Source: an uncultured Flavobacteriaceae bacterium
GTDB taxonomy: Bacteria; Bacteroidota; Bacteroidia; Flavobacteriales; Flavobacteriaceae
Reading direction: 5' to 3'
Assembly: GCA_963845155.1 (NCBI GenBank)
Contig: CAWJRB010000011.1
Coordinates: 40,234-104,233, forward strand
DNA length: 64,000 nucleotides
The position numbers were made by a program, and so were the translations under genes. Below are positions 1 through 12,156 of this stretch, piece after piece; the stretch's first letter is position 1, and the number at the start of each line of letters is the position of its first letter. The notes below the pieces were generated by a model that did not search any database, was not told the DNA's origin, and saw nothing but the letters and a program-made list of their open reading frames with translations.

Positions 1-1
1 T

Positions 2-1243
2 ATGGGCTTCAAAGAGGAACTCGACAAAATATTGCGAAGCACCCCTGATCACAAACAAACTCTGCTCTTCTCAGCAACTTTTCCCAAAGAAGTCGAACAG
101 ATCTCCAGGAACTACCTGAAGGACCCACTCGAGGTTTCTGCGGGCCAGAAAAACGCCGGAGCGACCAATGTGGAGCACGAGTACTATCTCGTTTCTGACC
201 GCAATCGCTATCCTGCCTTGAAGCGGATCGCCGATGTGAACCCAAGCATTTACGGCATTGTTTTTTGCCGAACCCGAAGAGAGACCAAAGATGTGGCCGA
301 AAAGCTTATCGCTGACGGATACAACGCTGATGCACTGCACGGAGACTTGTCCCAGGCTCAGCGAGACCTGGTCATGAACAAATTCCGAAAAAAGCACCTT
401 CAGATGCTCGTCGCCACTGATGTCGCAGCAAGGGGCTTGGACGTCGACGACTTGAGTCATGTGATCCACTACAAGCTCCCAGATCAAATAGAAAACTATA
501 CGCATCGAAGCGGAAGAACCGGACGTGCCGGAAAAAAAGGCATCTCAGTGGCAGTGATCACAAACAGGGAGAAAAACAAAATCCGCCCCATTGAAGGAAA
601 GATCAAAAAGAAGTTCGTTCAGAAACAGGTTCCGAGCGGACAAGAGATCTGCGAGGTACAACTCTTCAGTCTGATCGACAAGATTCATGACATTGAGGTC
701 AATGAAAAAGAAATCAAGGATTTTTTACCTGACATTTACCAGAAACTGGAAGGTCTCGACCGTGAGGAATTGATCAAACGCTTTGTCTCGATTGAATTCA
801 ACCAGTTCTTGTCGTACTACGAAAATTCACGGGACCTCAACGGTGATGATCGTCCCGATAGAAAAAAGCCGGGTGATGCTTCGTTTGTGCGCTTCTACAT
901 CAATCAGGGAAAGATGGACAACCTCACCCCTGCCCGACTTATGGGACTGATCAACGAATCCATCAAAAAACGGAATGTTGAGATTGGCAGAATCGAAATC
1001 CTGAAGAGCTTCTCCTTTTTTGAAATTGACAAGTCATTCAAGCAAGATATCCTTGATAAAATGAATGATGCGACCTTCAATGATCGTCATGTCATTGTGG
1101 AGGTTACTTCCGCTCAGAAAAAAACAAGATCGCACAACAAAAAGAACAAGTGGGGTCGAAAAAACAGCAAGTCAGACTCAGATTTCTCTTTCCACAAGAA
1201 AAAGGGAAAGAAAAACAAGCGCTCGAAGAAAAAGAAGTTTTAG
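2..1243 (+). CDS. deaD: DEAD-box RNA helicase (DeaD/CsdA-like, with DbpA RNA-binding domain), 5'-truncated by the window edge
   Basis: SAT motif III (FSATF), LVATDVAARGLD, HRSGRTGRAG motif VI, C-terminal DbpA-like domain and Lys-rich tail; the ORF begins at MGF, just after where the DEAD motif would lie. Confidence 0.85.
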   Translation: MGFKEELDKILRSTPDHKQTLLFSATFPKEVEQISRNYLKDPLEVSAGQKNAGATNVEHEYYLVSDRNRYPALKRIADVNPSIYGIVFCRTRRETKDVAEKLIADGYNADALHGDLSQAQRDLVMNKFRKKHLQMLVATDVAARGLDVDDLSHVIHYKLPDQIENYTHRSGRTGRAGKKGISVAVITNREKNKIRPIEGKIKKKFVQKQVPSGQEICEVQLFSLIDKIHDIEVNEKEIKDFLPDIYQKLEGLDREELIKRFVSIEFNQFLSYYENSRDLNGDDRPDRKKPGDASFVRFYINQGKMDNLTPARLMGLINESIKKRNVEIGRIEILKSFSFFEIDKSFKQDILDKMNDATFNDRHVIVEVTSAQKKTRSHNKKNKWGRKNSKSDSDFSFHKKKGKKNKRSKKKKF

Positions 1244-1254
1244 GCTCCTTTCAA

Positions 1255-2731
<1,477 letters not shown>

Positions 2732-2749
2732 TTAAAAATTAATTGCGTG

Positions 2750-2757
2750 CAAATTTA
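2750..2757 (-). promoter_or_regulatory. Bacteroidota sigma-A -7 element (TAAATTTG) for guaB
   Basis: Exact TAnnTTTG match about 28 nt upstream of the ATG at 2722. Confidence 0.55.
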
Positions 2758-2814
2758 CAATAATTAATCGGTTAATGAAAGTACTCGTTCTTGTTATACT
2801 CCTTATTATTTTGG

Positions 2815-5070
2815 CTAAAAGCGATAACCCACGCCAGCATTGAACATGAACGGCGCTCCCGGTCTAAGACCTGCCGGAGTTCGCGACACCTCATATGCTG
2901 TGTTAAACATATTCATAACGTTCAAAGAAAACGTGATTCTTTTCGTGTAAAAGTAACGGGCTGCCGCATCCACAATGAAATTGCTCCCGATTTTGAATTC
3001 TTCAGGGATATCACCTGTACCTGCCTGGGTCCTGAATGCACTTGTATACCTTCCGCTTAAGCTCACATTGAAACGCTCACCTTCGAGAGCCGCTGTGATA
3101 TTAAATTGATTTTTAGGTATGTACGGGATTTCATCACCCTTCATTACCTCCCCAAAAATACTGTCATCACTGTCAAAATCCGAATCAAACCGAGTATCCG
3201 TCAAGGTGTATGAAAAGGTCAGTGGAAAACGCAATTCGCTGTCACTGTTGCCGAGCAGATCATAGTTCAACAATAACTCGATACCCTTGACCGTTGCGGC
3301 TCCGGCATTGAAGAGATCCAAACTGCCCGTACCACCCGATGCCGCGAGGTCACTCCCAAGGAGATTGCTGTAGTCGTTATAGTATCCAACAAATTCCCCA
3401 GTAATGCCAATGAATGTAAAACGAGTTCCCAATTCGTAATTGACGCTCAATTCAGGCTCTGAGCCTTCCTGACTGCCGGGAGGCGCAAAACCTCTGTGCA
3501 CGCCACCAAACAGAGTAACAGCCGCACTCACTTTATAATTGACACCGATCCCAGGAATCCAAACATCCACCTTATTTTCACGAGTAGACAGATCCACACC
3601 CGTCCGATCAGAATCGTTTTTGCCGTAGTCTTTTCTTTTCAACGTGATATTCTCGTATCGCAATCCGGGAGTCAGGGTCAGGTCATTCAACGTCCACTTG
3701 TAAAGAACGTGTGCGGCCAATGCAGAAGCACTGCTGATCCTGTTGGCATCACTTCCTTTCCTTGCCACTGTCGTTCTGATCATCTCCTCGTTTTGAATGG
3801 CATAGCCATCCACCCATTGAAATCTGTCTTCATAGTCTTCGTGATAGCGAATTCCAATCTCGAGGTCATTGAAAGCCCTTTCTCCGAAAGTGATATTGGC
3901 AATCGATTGAATACCCTTCGATTCGTAGGACCTGTTATTAGCCTTTACTCCAAAAACGTCATTGGCTGTGTCCTCCATGCTTTCAATGGCGATATATTCA
4001 TCAGGATACAATTCCGGGGAAGCAATGACATTTGATATACTCACCTTTTCTAATACATTGACGTAATCGAGCTTGTACCAATTACGGTCAAACGTATTCT
4101 TGTAAGCGGTTGTTCTGATCTTCAGATTATCACTGGGTTTGATCAAATGATCCAGCTGAAGCTGTTGATGCCTGGTATCCATGCGATCTGATGCGGAAGC
4201 CAGGTATCGGCGGTAAGGTGTATCGTCAAAATCGTCTTGAGTCAAGCCGAGATAAGTTTCGTTCGAGGCCTCCTCAGAGTACTGGAATTTAAAGCTCAGA
4301 GACTGGAACACTTTGGCATCATAATCAGAATTGATTCGGACCTTTCCCAGGTAATCGCTTTTGTCAAAGCCGGTGTTTCCTCCTCCGTCGAGGTTCTTGA
4401 ATCCATCGGAGTTGTAGTTGAAGTACTGTGTGACAAATCCGAAATTTTCCGTAGAATGCCCCACTGTTGCCTCTGTACTTCTCGTATCGTAGTTACCACC
4501 GTTGAACCGTACGTCCCCGGAGAAGTCGTTCGGAATCTCTTTGGACACCATATTGATTGCACCTCCTGTTGTGAAGGGCCCGTATTGAATTTGGCTACTC
4601 CCTTTGAGGACCTCCACGTTTTCTATCCTTCCAATTGTAGGGAAATAGTAAGCTGCTGAGGCGCTATAAGGGGCCGGAGCGATCAGGACTCCGTCTTCCA
4701 TCAGCGTAATTTTAGCACTGCGTTCGGGTGAGGTACCCCGGATGCTGATATTTGGACGCAGCCCGAATCCATCTTCTTCTACTATGGTCACCCCGGGTAC
4801 GGCGCGAATGATTTTATTGATATCGGTATATCCAAATTGCTGAAGCTCCTGAGGTGAAATAAAATAAGCCGAACCCGTACGATTTTTTACTTCAAACTTG
4901 CTTCCGAGAATATTATGAGAGAGAATGATTTCATTGAGAATCTCCGGATCTTTTTCGACTGGAATTGTGTCTTGTGAATTGTTTGCTATACTGTCTTTAG
5001 TTTGATTTTGTTGAGAAAAAACGGATATACTGAAAAGTCCTAATATGGTTAAAAACGTGCTCCTAAACAT
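2815..5070 (-). CDS. TonB-dependent receptor, FecA-like (probably iron-complex uptake)
   Basis: Signal peptide, plug motifs (GLRPNISIRG, EVLKGSSQIQYG, GGAINMV), C-terminal YRF beta-signal; no adjacent SusD. Confidence 0.85.
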   Translation of the reverse strand: MFRSTFLTILGLFSISVFSQQNQTKDSIANNSQDTIPVEKDPEILNEIILSHNILGSKFEVKNRTGSAYFISPQELQQFGYTDINKIIRAVPGVTIVEEDGFGLRPNISIRGTSPERSAKITLMEDGVLIAPAPYSASAAYYFPTIGRIENVEVLKGSSQIQYGPFTTGGAINMVSKEIPNDFSGDVRFNGGNYDTRSTEATVGHSTENFGFVTQYFNYNSDGFKNLDGGGNTGFDKSDYLGKVRINSDYDAKVFQSLSFKFQYSEEASNETYLGLTQDDFDDTPYRRYLASASDRMDTRHQQLQLDHLIKPSDNLKIRTTAYKNTFDRNWYKLDYVNVLEKVSISNVIASPELYPDEYIAIESMEDTANDVFGVKANNRSYESKGIQSIANITFGERAFNDLEIGIRYHEDYEDRFQWVDGYAIQNEEMIRTTVARKGSDANRISSASALAAHVLYKWTLNDLTLTPGLRYENITLKRKDYGKNDSDRTGVDLSTRENKVDVWIPGIGVNYKVSAAVTLFGGVHRGFAPPGSQEGSEPELSVNYELGTRFTFIGITGEFVGYYNDYSNLLGSDLAASGGTGSLDLFNAGAATVKGIELLLNYDLLGNSDSELRFPLTFSYTLTDTRFDSDFDSDDSIFGEVMKGDEIPYIPKNQFNITAALEGERFNVSLSGRYTSAFRTQAGTGDIPEEFKIGSNFIVDAAARYFYTKRITFSLNVMNMFNTAYEVSRTPAGLRPGAPFMFNAGVGYRF

Positions 5071-5078
5071 TTTTATTT

Positions 5079-5171
5079 TTATTTAGATTAATTTTAAATT
5101 AGCAATGAACAGCGCAAATCTAAAGTGAAATTTTTGAACCTCAAAAGCTTATTTAGAATAATTTTAAATAA
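5079..5171 (-). promoter_or_regulatory. Receptor promoter (TTTG-N19-TAGATTTG) bracketed by two 23-bp AT-rich palindromic boxes (Fur-like)
   Basis: TTATTTAGATTAATTTTAAATTA at 5079-5101 and TTATTTAGAATAATTTTAAATAA at 5149-5171; -7 at 5115-5122 and -33 at 5142-5145 on the minus strand. Confidence 0.6.
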
Positions 5172-5236
5172 CATGACAAAAGTCATGTTTTGACCGTCCC
5201 AACGGGCTTTTGATCGTGATTCTCTATCTTTGACAC

Positions 5237-5671
5237 ATGTCTATACGATCAAAAATTCTGCTCGCCCTGCAGTTTTTATGTTTTGGGTATTTTGTGTTTT
5301 TCCAGGAGCTTCTGGCAACCGGAATATTGATTTTGGTTCAGTTTTTCGGGTTTCTACTTTGCCTTTGGAGCATTGCGGTCATGGGCATTGGAAACTTCAA
5401 CGCTCAACCAGAAGTAAAACCAAAAGCGCGATTGGTGAAAATCGGTCCGTACAGCAAAATACGCAACCCGATGTATGCCGGACTCCTTCTATTCTTCGGT
5501 GCGGGATTAATCAGCCATTTTAACTGGCAGGGACTTATTGCCTGGGTTTTTATGGCCCTCATCTTCACCTTTAAAATTAATGATGAGGAAAAGTATCTCA
5601 CTCAAAGGTTTGGCAATAGCTACGCTGACTACATGGGCTCGACCTACAGGATGATACCCTTTGTTTTGTAA
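5237..5671 (+). CDS. Isoprenylcysteine carboxyl methyltransferase / PEMT-family membrane protein
   Basis: Hydrophobic helices, LVKIGPYSKIRNPMY motif, EEKYL..FG..Y.DY...T.R.IP C-terminus. Confidence 0.8.
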   Translation: MSIRSKILLALQFLCFGYFVFFQELLATGILILVQFFGFLLCLWSIAVMGIGNFNAQPEVKPKARLVKIGPYSKIRNPMYAGLLLFFGAGLISHFNWQGLIAWVFMALIFTFKINDEEKYLTQRFGNSYADYMGSTYRMIPFVL

Positions 5672-5736
5672 GGCACGAATCTTTTTTTCAGAACGTTTTT
5701 TCTACTTATTTTTGCTGACTTAAAATTTTAATCATT

Positions 5737-6177
5737 ATGAAAAATATTTACGCTTTATGTTTTCTGGTAGCTTTGTTTTTTGCCGCTTCAGACACTACAT
5801 TCGCCCAGGAGAATCACGGAAACGCCCTGAACGTTTTCGTAAAATTCGGTGACAATTCGAGTATTTCGGCCAACTATGAATTTCAGGTGCACCAGGACAT
5901 CACGGTTTCTCCCGAAGCCCGAATCTGGTTCAGTGGAAACGGCTTTGCTCTGGGGGCGAGAGCCGATTATTACTTTGACAGGTTGTTCAAATTGAAAGAG
6001 CCCTGGGACATCTGGGGTGGCGTTGACGCCGGTTTCATCATCGACGGAGAAGATGACTTCAGCCTGAACATTCACGCAGGTGCCGAGTACAAGTTCAATG
6101 AAACCTGGGGGATCATCCTGGAACTGGGTGGAGGTACGACGGCTGCCGGAGGAATCGGAGTCGCGGTTCATTTCTAA
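5737..6177 (+). CDS. Small outer-membrane beta-barrel protein
   Basis: Signal peptide (FAQ), amphipathic strands, GARADYYF motif, terminal Phe. Confidence 0.7.
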   Translation: MKNIYALCFLVALFFAASDTTFAQENHGNALNVFVKFGDNSSISANYEFQVHQDITVSPEARIWFSGNGFALGARADYYFDRLFKLKEPWDIWGGVDAGFIIDGEDDFSLNIHAGAEYKFNETWGIILELGGGTTAAGGIGVAVHF

Positions 6178-6200
6178 ACAGGAGTTATAAACAATATAGG

Positions 6201-6235
6201 CAGCCTTGTTAATTTTAACAAGGCTGTTTTTTTTT
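6201..6235 (+). terminator. Rho-independent terminator
   Basis: CAGCCTTGTTA-attt-TAACAAGGCTG hairpin followed by T9. Confidence 0.85.
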
Positions 6236-6284
6236 GAGGTGTTTAGAATTTGCCTAAGTTTGAGGAACCAAAATATTCAAACTG

Positions 6285-7025
6285 ATGAAAATCCTCGGTA
6301 TAGATGTGGGCGGTTCAGGTATCAAGGGCGCCATCGTTGATACGGATTTGGGAGAGCTGGTAACTGAAAAGTTCAGGCTGAAAACGCCCAGGCCAGCTAA
6401 ACCGGAAGCCGTGGCCAAAGTGGTCCATCAACTGGTCGATCATTTCAACTGGAAAGGTAAAGTCGGAGTTGGGTTTCCAACCCCACTCGCTCATGGCAAA
6501 TGTATGAGTGGGGGCAACCTGCACAAAAAGTGGAAAGGGGTTCAGGTCGATGAACTGTTTTCTGAAACTACGGGGTTGAAATTCACCGTGATCAATGATG
6601 CCGATGCCGCGGGCGAAGCTGAAATGCACTATGGAGCGGGCAAAGGAAAACAAGGTCTGGTCGCTGTGATCACCCTGGGTACAGGGATCGGTTCAGGACT
6701 GTTCTATGATGGTGTTTTGATTCCAAACACAGAGTTGGGTCACACGGTCTTTAAGGGAGAGGCCTTTGAGAATTTTGCCGCAGATTCCATTCGAAAAAAG
6801 GAGGATCTGACCTACAAACAATGGGGCAAGAGACTGAATAAATACTTCAAACGGATCGAATTGATCCTTTCACCCGACCTGATTATCATTGGTGGAGGTG
6901 CCAGTTCCAAACTTGACAAATTTGTCGATCAGATCAACGTAAGGGCCCCGATTATCGCTGCCGAAAATCAGAACGAAGCAGGTATCATTGGTGCGGCCGT
7001 AGGAGCCTTCGATAAAGTGCACTAG
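6285..7025 (+). CDS. ppgK: Polyphosphate/ATP glucokinase (ROK family)
   Basis: [40 protein letters not shown] signature of PpgK; TAAGTTTG promoter element at 6255-6262. Confidence 0.85.
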   Translation: MKILGIDVGGSGIKGAIVDTDLGELVTEKFRLKTPRPAKPEAVAKVVHQLVDHFNWKGKVGVGFPTPLAHGKCMSGGNLHKKWKGVQVDELFSETTGLKFTVINDADAAGEAEMHYGAGKGKQGLVAVITLGTGIGSGLFYDGVLIPNTELGHTVFKGEAFENFAADSIRKKEDLTYKQWGKRLNKYFKRIELILSPDLIIIGGGASSKLDKFVDQINVRAPIIAAENQNEAGIIGAAVGAFDKVH

Positions 7026-7029
7026 AGAT

Positions 7030-7767
7030 ATGAAAAAGCAAATATTCTATACAAAACTTATTCTTTTTAGCTTGCTGCTCAATTTCACAATCGCTTGCGG
7101 AGATGATGATGACCCGCTTCCCAATCCTCCGTCGGCGGATATCAGCGGACAGGTGAAACTGTTTGACGAAGGAACCGATGAGATTTCTGCATCAGGCATG
7201 AATGTTACGGCAGAAGGTTTGAGGATCGAAGACCTAACAGACGAAAACGGACGATTTCAATTGACCGAGGTTTTTCTCGGCCCGGTGGTTCTTGTATACG
7301 AAAAATCGGGTTACGGTACCTTCAAGACTTTCATAGACGATTTCGACGAGGACCTCAATTTGACAGAGGTTCCTTCCCTTGGAAAAATATCGCAGACAGA
7401 CGTCATCACGAATTCAGTTACAATCGAAGGAATGGAGGTTCGGATAGCCTCTGTGACCACCGGAACCAACACACCAGTTCGCTACCTGAGGTATTTCTTC
7501 AGCACCCGCAATGACGTGAGCGCTGAGAATTTCGATGCCTTTCTGGAACGTCCTGTGGAATCGGATCCTGCAGTCAATCCCGCTTCTTACGAAATCACAG
7601 GTCAGGAATTGAATGACCTTGGTTTCTCCTCCGGAAGCACGGTTTATGCCAGAGTATACGGAGATTCCTTTTACAGCAGTGATTACGACGATCCTGTTCT
7701 GGGAAGAAGAATTTTTCCTAACCTCTTTGAGGATACAGCACAGTCCGTGCAATTTGAAGTGCCTTAG
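7030..7767 (+). CDS. Lipoprotein with a carboxypeptidase-regulatory-like beta-sandwich, function unknown
   Basis: Lipobox TIAC followed by acidic GDDDD; ISGQV.L...TDENGRF...YEKSGYG pattern. Confidence 0.6.
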   Translation: MKKQIFYTKLILFSLLLNFTIACGDDDDPLPNPPSADISGQVKLFDEGTDEISASGMNVTAEGLRIEDLTDENGRFQLTEVFLGPVVLVYEKSGYGTFKTFIDDFDEDLNLTEVPSLGKISQTDVITNSVTIEGMEVRIASVTTGTNTPVRYLRYFFSTRNDVSAENFDAFLERPVESDPAVNPASYEITGQELNDLGFSSGSTVYARVYGDSFYSSDYDDPVLGRRIFPNLFEDTAQSVQFEVP

Positions 7768-8621
7768 GCAAAAATTCGCATAGCTTCATTGTATGCAGTT
7801 TCAAAACTCAGCGGATTGATTCCGGTAGATGCTTTTTGAGCCGTAAAATAAGAAAGGAGTTTCTCGGTCGGCATATTTCCGGTCAGTTCGTCCTTGGCCA
7901 TGGGGCAGCCCCCAAAACCCTTCAGAGCTCCGTCAAACCGTTTGCATCCGGCCCGGTAGGCAGCATCCACTTTTTCATGCCATTCGCTGGGATGGGTGTG
8001 CATGTGGGCTCCAAACTCAATAGCCGGGTATCGGGGCATAAGATTTGAAAAAAGATAACTGATTGTTTCTCCGCTGGCAACTCCAATGGTATCTGAAAGG
8101 GAAATTATCGAAACACCCAATTCGGATAGTGTTTGGGTCCATTCGGCAACGATATCCACATCCCAGGGGTCACCGTAGGGATTCCCGAAACCCATTGACA
8201 AATAAGCGACAACCTGTTTATCCCGTTTTGAGGCTATCTCCATGATCTGCTTCAGGGTAACCAGCGACTCATCAATGGTCTTTCCTGTATTACGCATCTG
8301 AAAATTCTCGGATATCGAGAAGGGGTATCCCAAATAGTCAATGACAGGGAATTCGCTGGCATCTTCGGCTCCCCGAACATTAGCGACAATGGCCAGAAGT
8401 TTGGTGGTGGTATCTGAAAGCTCAAGCCTGTCGAGGACCGCAGCGGTGTCCCGCATTTGCGGGATGGCTTTGGGAGATACGAAACTGCCAAAATCAATGG
8501 TGTCAAAGCCCACCTTTAAAAGGGCGTTTATATAACGTGCCTTTTCCAAGGTGGGTATGAACTGTCGAATGCCTTGCATCGCGTCTCTGGGGCATTCAAT
8601 GATCTTGACCTCCTCATGCAT
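7764..8621 (-). CDS. Hydroxymethylglutaryl-CoA lyase
   Basis: ECPRDAMQG, SFVSPKAIPQM, SDTIG, HMH metal motif, GGCPMA, GNMPTE. Confidence 0.9.
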   Translation of the reverse strand: MHEEVKIIECPRDAMQGIRQFIPTLEKARYINALLKVGFDTIDFGSFVSPKAIPQMRDTAAVLDRLELSDTTTKLLAIVANVRGAEDASEFPVIDYLGYPFSISENFQMRNTGKTIDESLVTLKQIMEIASKRDKQVVAYLSMGFGNPYGDPWDVDIVAEWTQTLSELGVSIISLSDTIGVASGETISYLFSNLMPRYPAIEFGAHMHTHPSEWHEKVDAAYRAGCKRFDGALKGFGGCPMAKDELTGNMPTEKLLSYFTAQKASTGINPLSFETAYNEAMRIFA

Positions 8622-8625
8622 GAAA

Positions 8626-9831
8626 TCAACTGTCAGCTGCCATCAGGAAAAGCGGTTTCATTTCAAAGCGATGATAATGTGGACGGAGACGATCTGTATT
8701 GTAATACTTCTCGACGTTCACTATTTTCTTGGAACTCGTTACGACATCCAAAGGCACGTCGTCATAACGACCGTTCTTGAGCACGACAAGACGTCCGTGG
8801 AAACCACCCAGGATCAGGTCGAGGGCAAGGTTTCCATAGGCCATAGGAACAATTGAGTCCACGGCATCGGGATCTCCACCTCGTACCAGATATCCGAGCT
8901 TCTGGTTGATTACGTTGATTCTTTGCCCATTGTTGTATTTTGGTGAGAGCTCCTTGATCTCGGCTGAGATCATGTCTCCGATACCTCCGAGTTTGGCATG
9001 ACCGAACATGTCCTTTTCCTGGTTCTCAAACACCATGTCTCCGCCTTTGAACATGGCTCCTTCTGAAATGAGAACCACTGAATATTTACTCGGATTCTCA
9101 TTCCTGTCTTCAACCATGAGTTGCGCCAGGTGATTGATGTCAAATTTGTATTCGGGGATCACACAGCGATTTGCAGATCCTGCCATCGTAGGCAGCATCG
9201 CAGTGAAACCTGCATAACGACCAAAGACCTCCATAACGAGGATGCGCTCATGACTTCCTGCTGAAGTTCTTAGGTTGTTTGTCATCATTATGGTTCGCGT
9301 AACACAAGTGGAAAAACCGATGCAATAATCTGTTCCGGGCACATCGTTGTCCATCGTCTTTGGTATCGCCACCACTTTTACTCCTTCCTTGTAAAGTCTT
9401 ACCCCGTAGCTCAGGGTATCATCCCCTCCAATCGGGATCAGATAGTCGACTCCCAGCCATTCCAGGTTCTTGATGATCTCAGGCGTGAGGTCATTGAACT
9501 CCTCATTATAACTGTCTCTGAGGTGCTCAGGAACATTTGCTTTGGGCATGTGGCTCGGACGCGTTCTTGAAGAGTGCAGAAAGGTCCCTCCTGTGCGACC
9601 CGCCTTGTTGACAATGTCGTTAGTCAACACCAGGTAACTCTTACTGTTGTCTGCCTTTTTGTCCCTTATAAGTTCAGTTATTCCTGCCCAGCCTCGTCTC
9701 AATCCGAGAACCTTGAAGCCCTCGCGATTGGCGCGTATCGTAATGGCACGAATCGCCGGATTCAGTCCGGGAACATCACCCCCACCCGTGAGGATGGCAA
9801 TGACTCCCTTTATTTTTTTTGTGTTCGCCAT
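8626..9831 (-). CDS. pfp: Phosphofructokinase with PPi-type signature residues (start probably MANTKK at 9831)
   Basis: TGGGDVPGLN; GGDDT and PKTMDND carry Asp/Lys at the positions that are Gly/Gly in ATP-PFKs; RGGDP. Confidence 0.75.
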   Translation of the reverse strand: MANTKKIKGVIAILTGGGDVPGLNPAIRAITIRANREGFKVLGLRRGWAGITELIRDKKADNSKSYLVLTNDIVNKAGRTGGTFLHSSRTRPSHMPKANVPEHLRDSYNEEFNDLTPEIIKNLEWLGVDYLIPIGGDDTLSYGVRLYKEGVKVVAIPKTMDNDVPGTDYCIGFSTCVTRTIMMTNNLRTSAGSHERILVMEVFGRYAGFTAMLPTMAGSANRCVIPEYKFDINHLAQLMVEDRNENPSKYSVVLISEGAMFKGGDMVFENQEKDMFGHAKLGGIGDMISAEIKELSPKYNNGQRINVINQKLGYLVRGGDPDAVDSIVPMAYGNLALDLILGGFHGRLVVLKNGRYDDVPLDVVTSSKKIVNVEKYYNTDRLRPHYHRFEMKPLFLMAADS

Positions 9832-9930
9832 AAAACAAATGTTTAAAAAGTTATTGTACGTAATTTGACCTGTTTGCCAAGCCAATTCGAGTTCGGTAAA
9901 CAGGTCATTTTTTGATTTACGTAAAGTTAT

Positions 9931-9962
9931 AAAAAAAAAGACCGCCACAGGGCGATCTTTTT
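9931..9962 (-). terminator. Terminator downstream of gap
   Basis: Minus strand AAAAAGATCGCC-ctgt-GGCGGTC followed by a T run. Confidence 0.75.
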
Positions 9963-9985
9963 ATCTATTTGAAACACAAGATTCT

Positions 9986-10993
<1,008 letters not shown>

Positions 10994-11056
10994 TTAAAAT
11001 TATTCTCAGTTATGCCACTGGCAAAAGCAATTCTGCCAATGATTGAAGATACCGTC

Positions 11057-12043
11057 TTAAACAGACATGATATCTGATATTCTCAACATTTCAGCGCTGA
11101 TCTTGTGATGCTCCTTTACCGCATTTTCAAGATCGACAGCCACGATTTCATTGTTCTGAACTCCCACCATCTTGTTCGTCTCACCGTCGATGAGGAGCTC
11201 TACAGCCTTCACGCCCATTCGACTCGCAAGCACGCGGTCGAAACAACTTGGAGCTCCTCCGCGTTGCATGTGACCCAGAACCGAAACCCTGACGTCGTAT
11301 TGAGGCAGGTTGGTCTCGACATAATTCGCAAGTTCAAATACATTGGATCCTGTTTTATCACCTTCAGCGACCACGACCAGACTTGAGGATTTTCCAGATC
11401 TTCGGCTCTTCTCGAGTGAGTCAAGCAAACGATCGAGCCCCATGTCCTCCTCGGGAATAAGTATCTCCTCTGCTCCCGCACCGATACCGGAGTTCAATGC
11501 GATAAAACCCGAGTCTCGCCCCATCACTTCCACAAAGAAAAGTCGGTTGTGGGAACTCGCAGTGTCCCTGATCTTGTCAATGACTTCGACTGCGGTGTTC
11601 AACGCCGTGTCATAGCCAAGGGTATAGTCGGTTCCAAAAATATCGTTGTCAATTGTTCCGGGAATTCCGATCACCGGAAAATCAAACTCCTGGCTGAAGA
11701 TCATTCCTCCCGTAAAAGAACCGTCACCGCCAATCACAACAAGCGCGTCCACGTTGTGTTTTTTGAGGGACTCATGAGCCCGTTTTCTTCCTTCCACCGT
11801 CATAAACTCCTTCGATCGGGCTGACTTCAGAACCGTACCTCCCTTTTGAATGATGTGATGAACATCGCGCGCCGACATCGGGACGATATCTCCCTCAATC
11901 ATGCCCTGATATCCGCGGTAGATTCCGGAACATTCCAATTTGTAATAAGCACTTGCACGAACAACGGCCCGAATGGCAGCATTCATTCCCGGGGAATCAC
12001 CCCCTGATGTCATTACAGCTATCTTTTTGATGAATCTTTTCAT
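11057..12043 (-). CDS. pfkA: ATP-dependent 6-phosphofructokinase
   Basis: TSGGDSPGMNAA, GGDGS, PGTIDND, EVMGR, GHMQRGG; start probably MKRFIKK at 12043. Confidence 0.95.
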   Translation of the reverse strand: MKRFIKKIAVMTSGGDSPGMNAAIRAVVRASAYYKLECSGIYRGYQGMIEGDIVPMSARDVHHIIQKGGTVLKSARSKEFMTVEGRKRAHESLKKHNVDALVVIGGDGSFTGGMIFSQEFDFPVIGIPGTIDNDIFGTDYTLGYDTALNTAVEVIDKIRDTASSHNRLFFVEVMGRDSGFIALNSGIGAGAEEILIPEEDMGLDRLLDSLEKSRRSGKSSSLVVVAEGDKTGSNVFELANYVETNLPQYDVRVSVLGHMQRGGAPSCFDRVLASRMGVKAVELLIDGETNKMVGVQNNEIVAVDLENAVKEHHKISAEMLRISDIMSV

Positions 12044-12111
12044 ATTCTTTTTAAAAACACACAAAAATACAAATTAATGAGGTCTTTTTCATGTGAATCT
12101 CAACTTTTAAA

Positions 12112-12125
12112 CGAAATCGTTTGCG
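12112..12125. promoter_or_regulatory. LacI-family-like operator upstream of pfkA-gap
   Basis: CGAAATCGTTTGCG, a near palindrome with central CG. Confidence 0.45.
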
Positions 12126-12156
12126 GAGGTGAAATTTTACTGAAACAGCTGAAATA

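Noticed and set aside
1110-1243. Extremely Lys-rich, A-rich tail
   Set aside because: The basic C-terminal tail typical of DEAD-box helicases.
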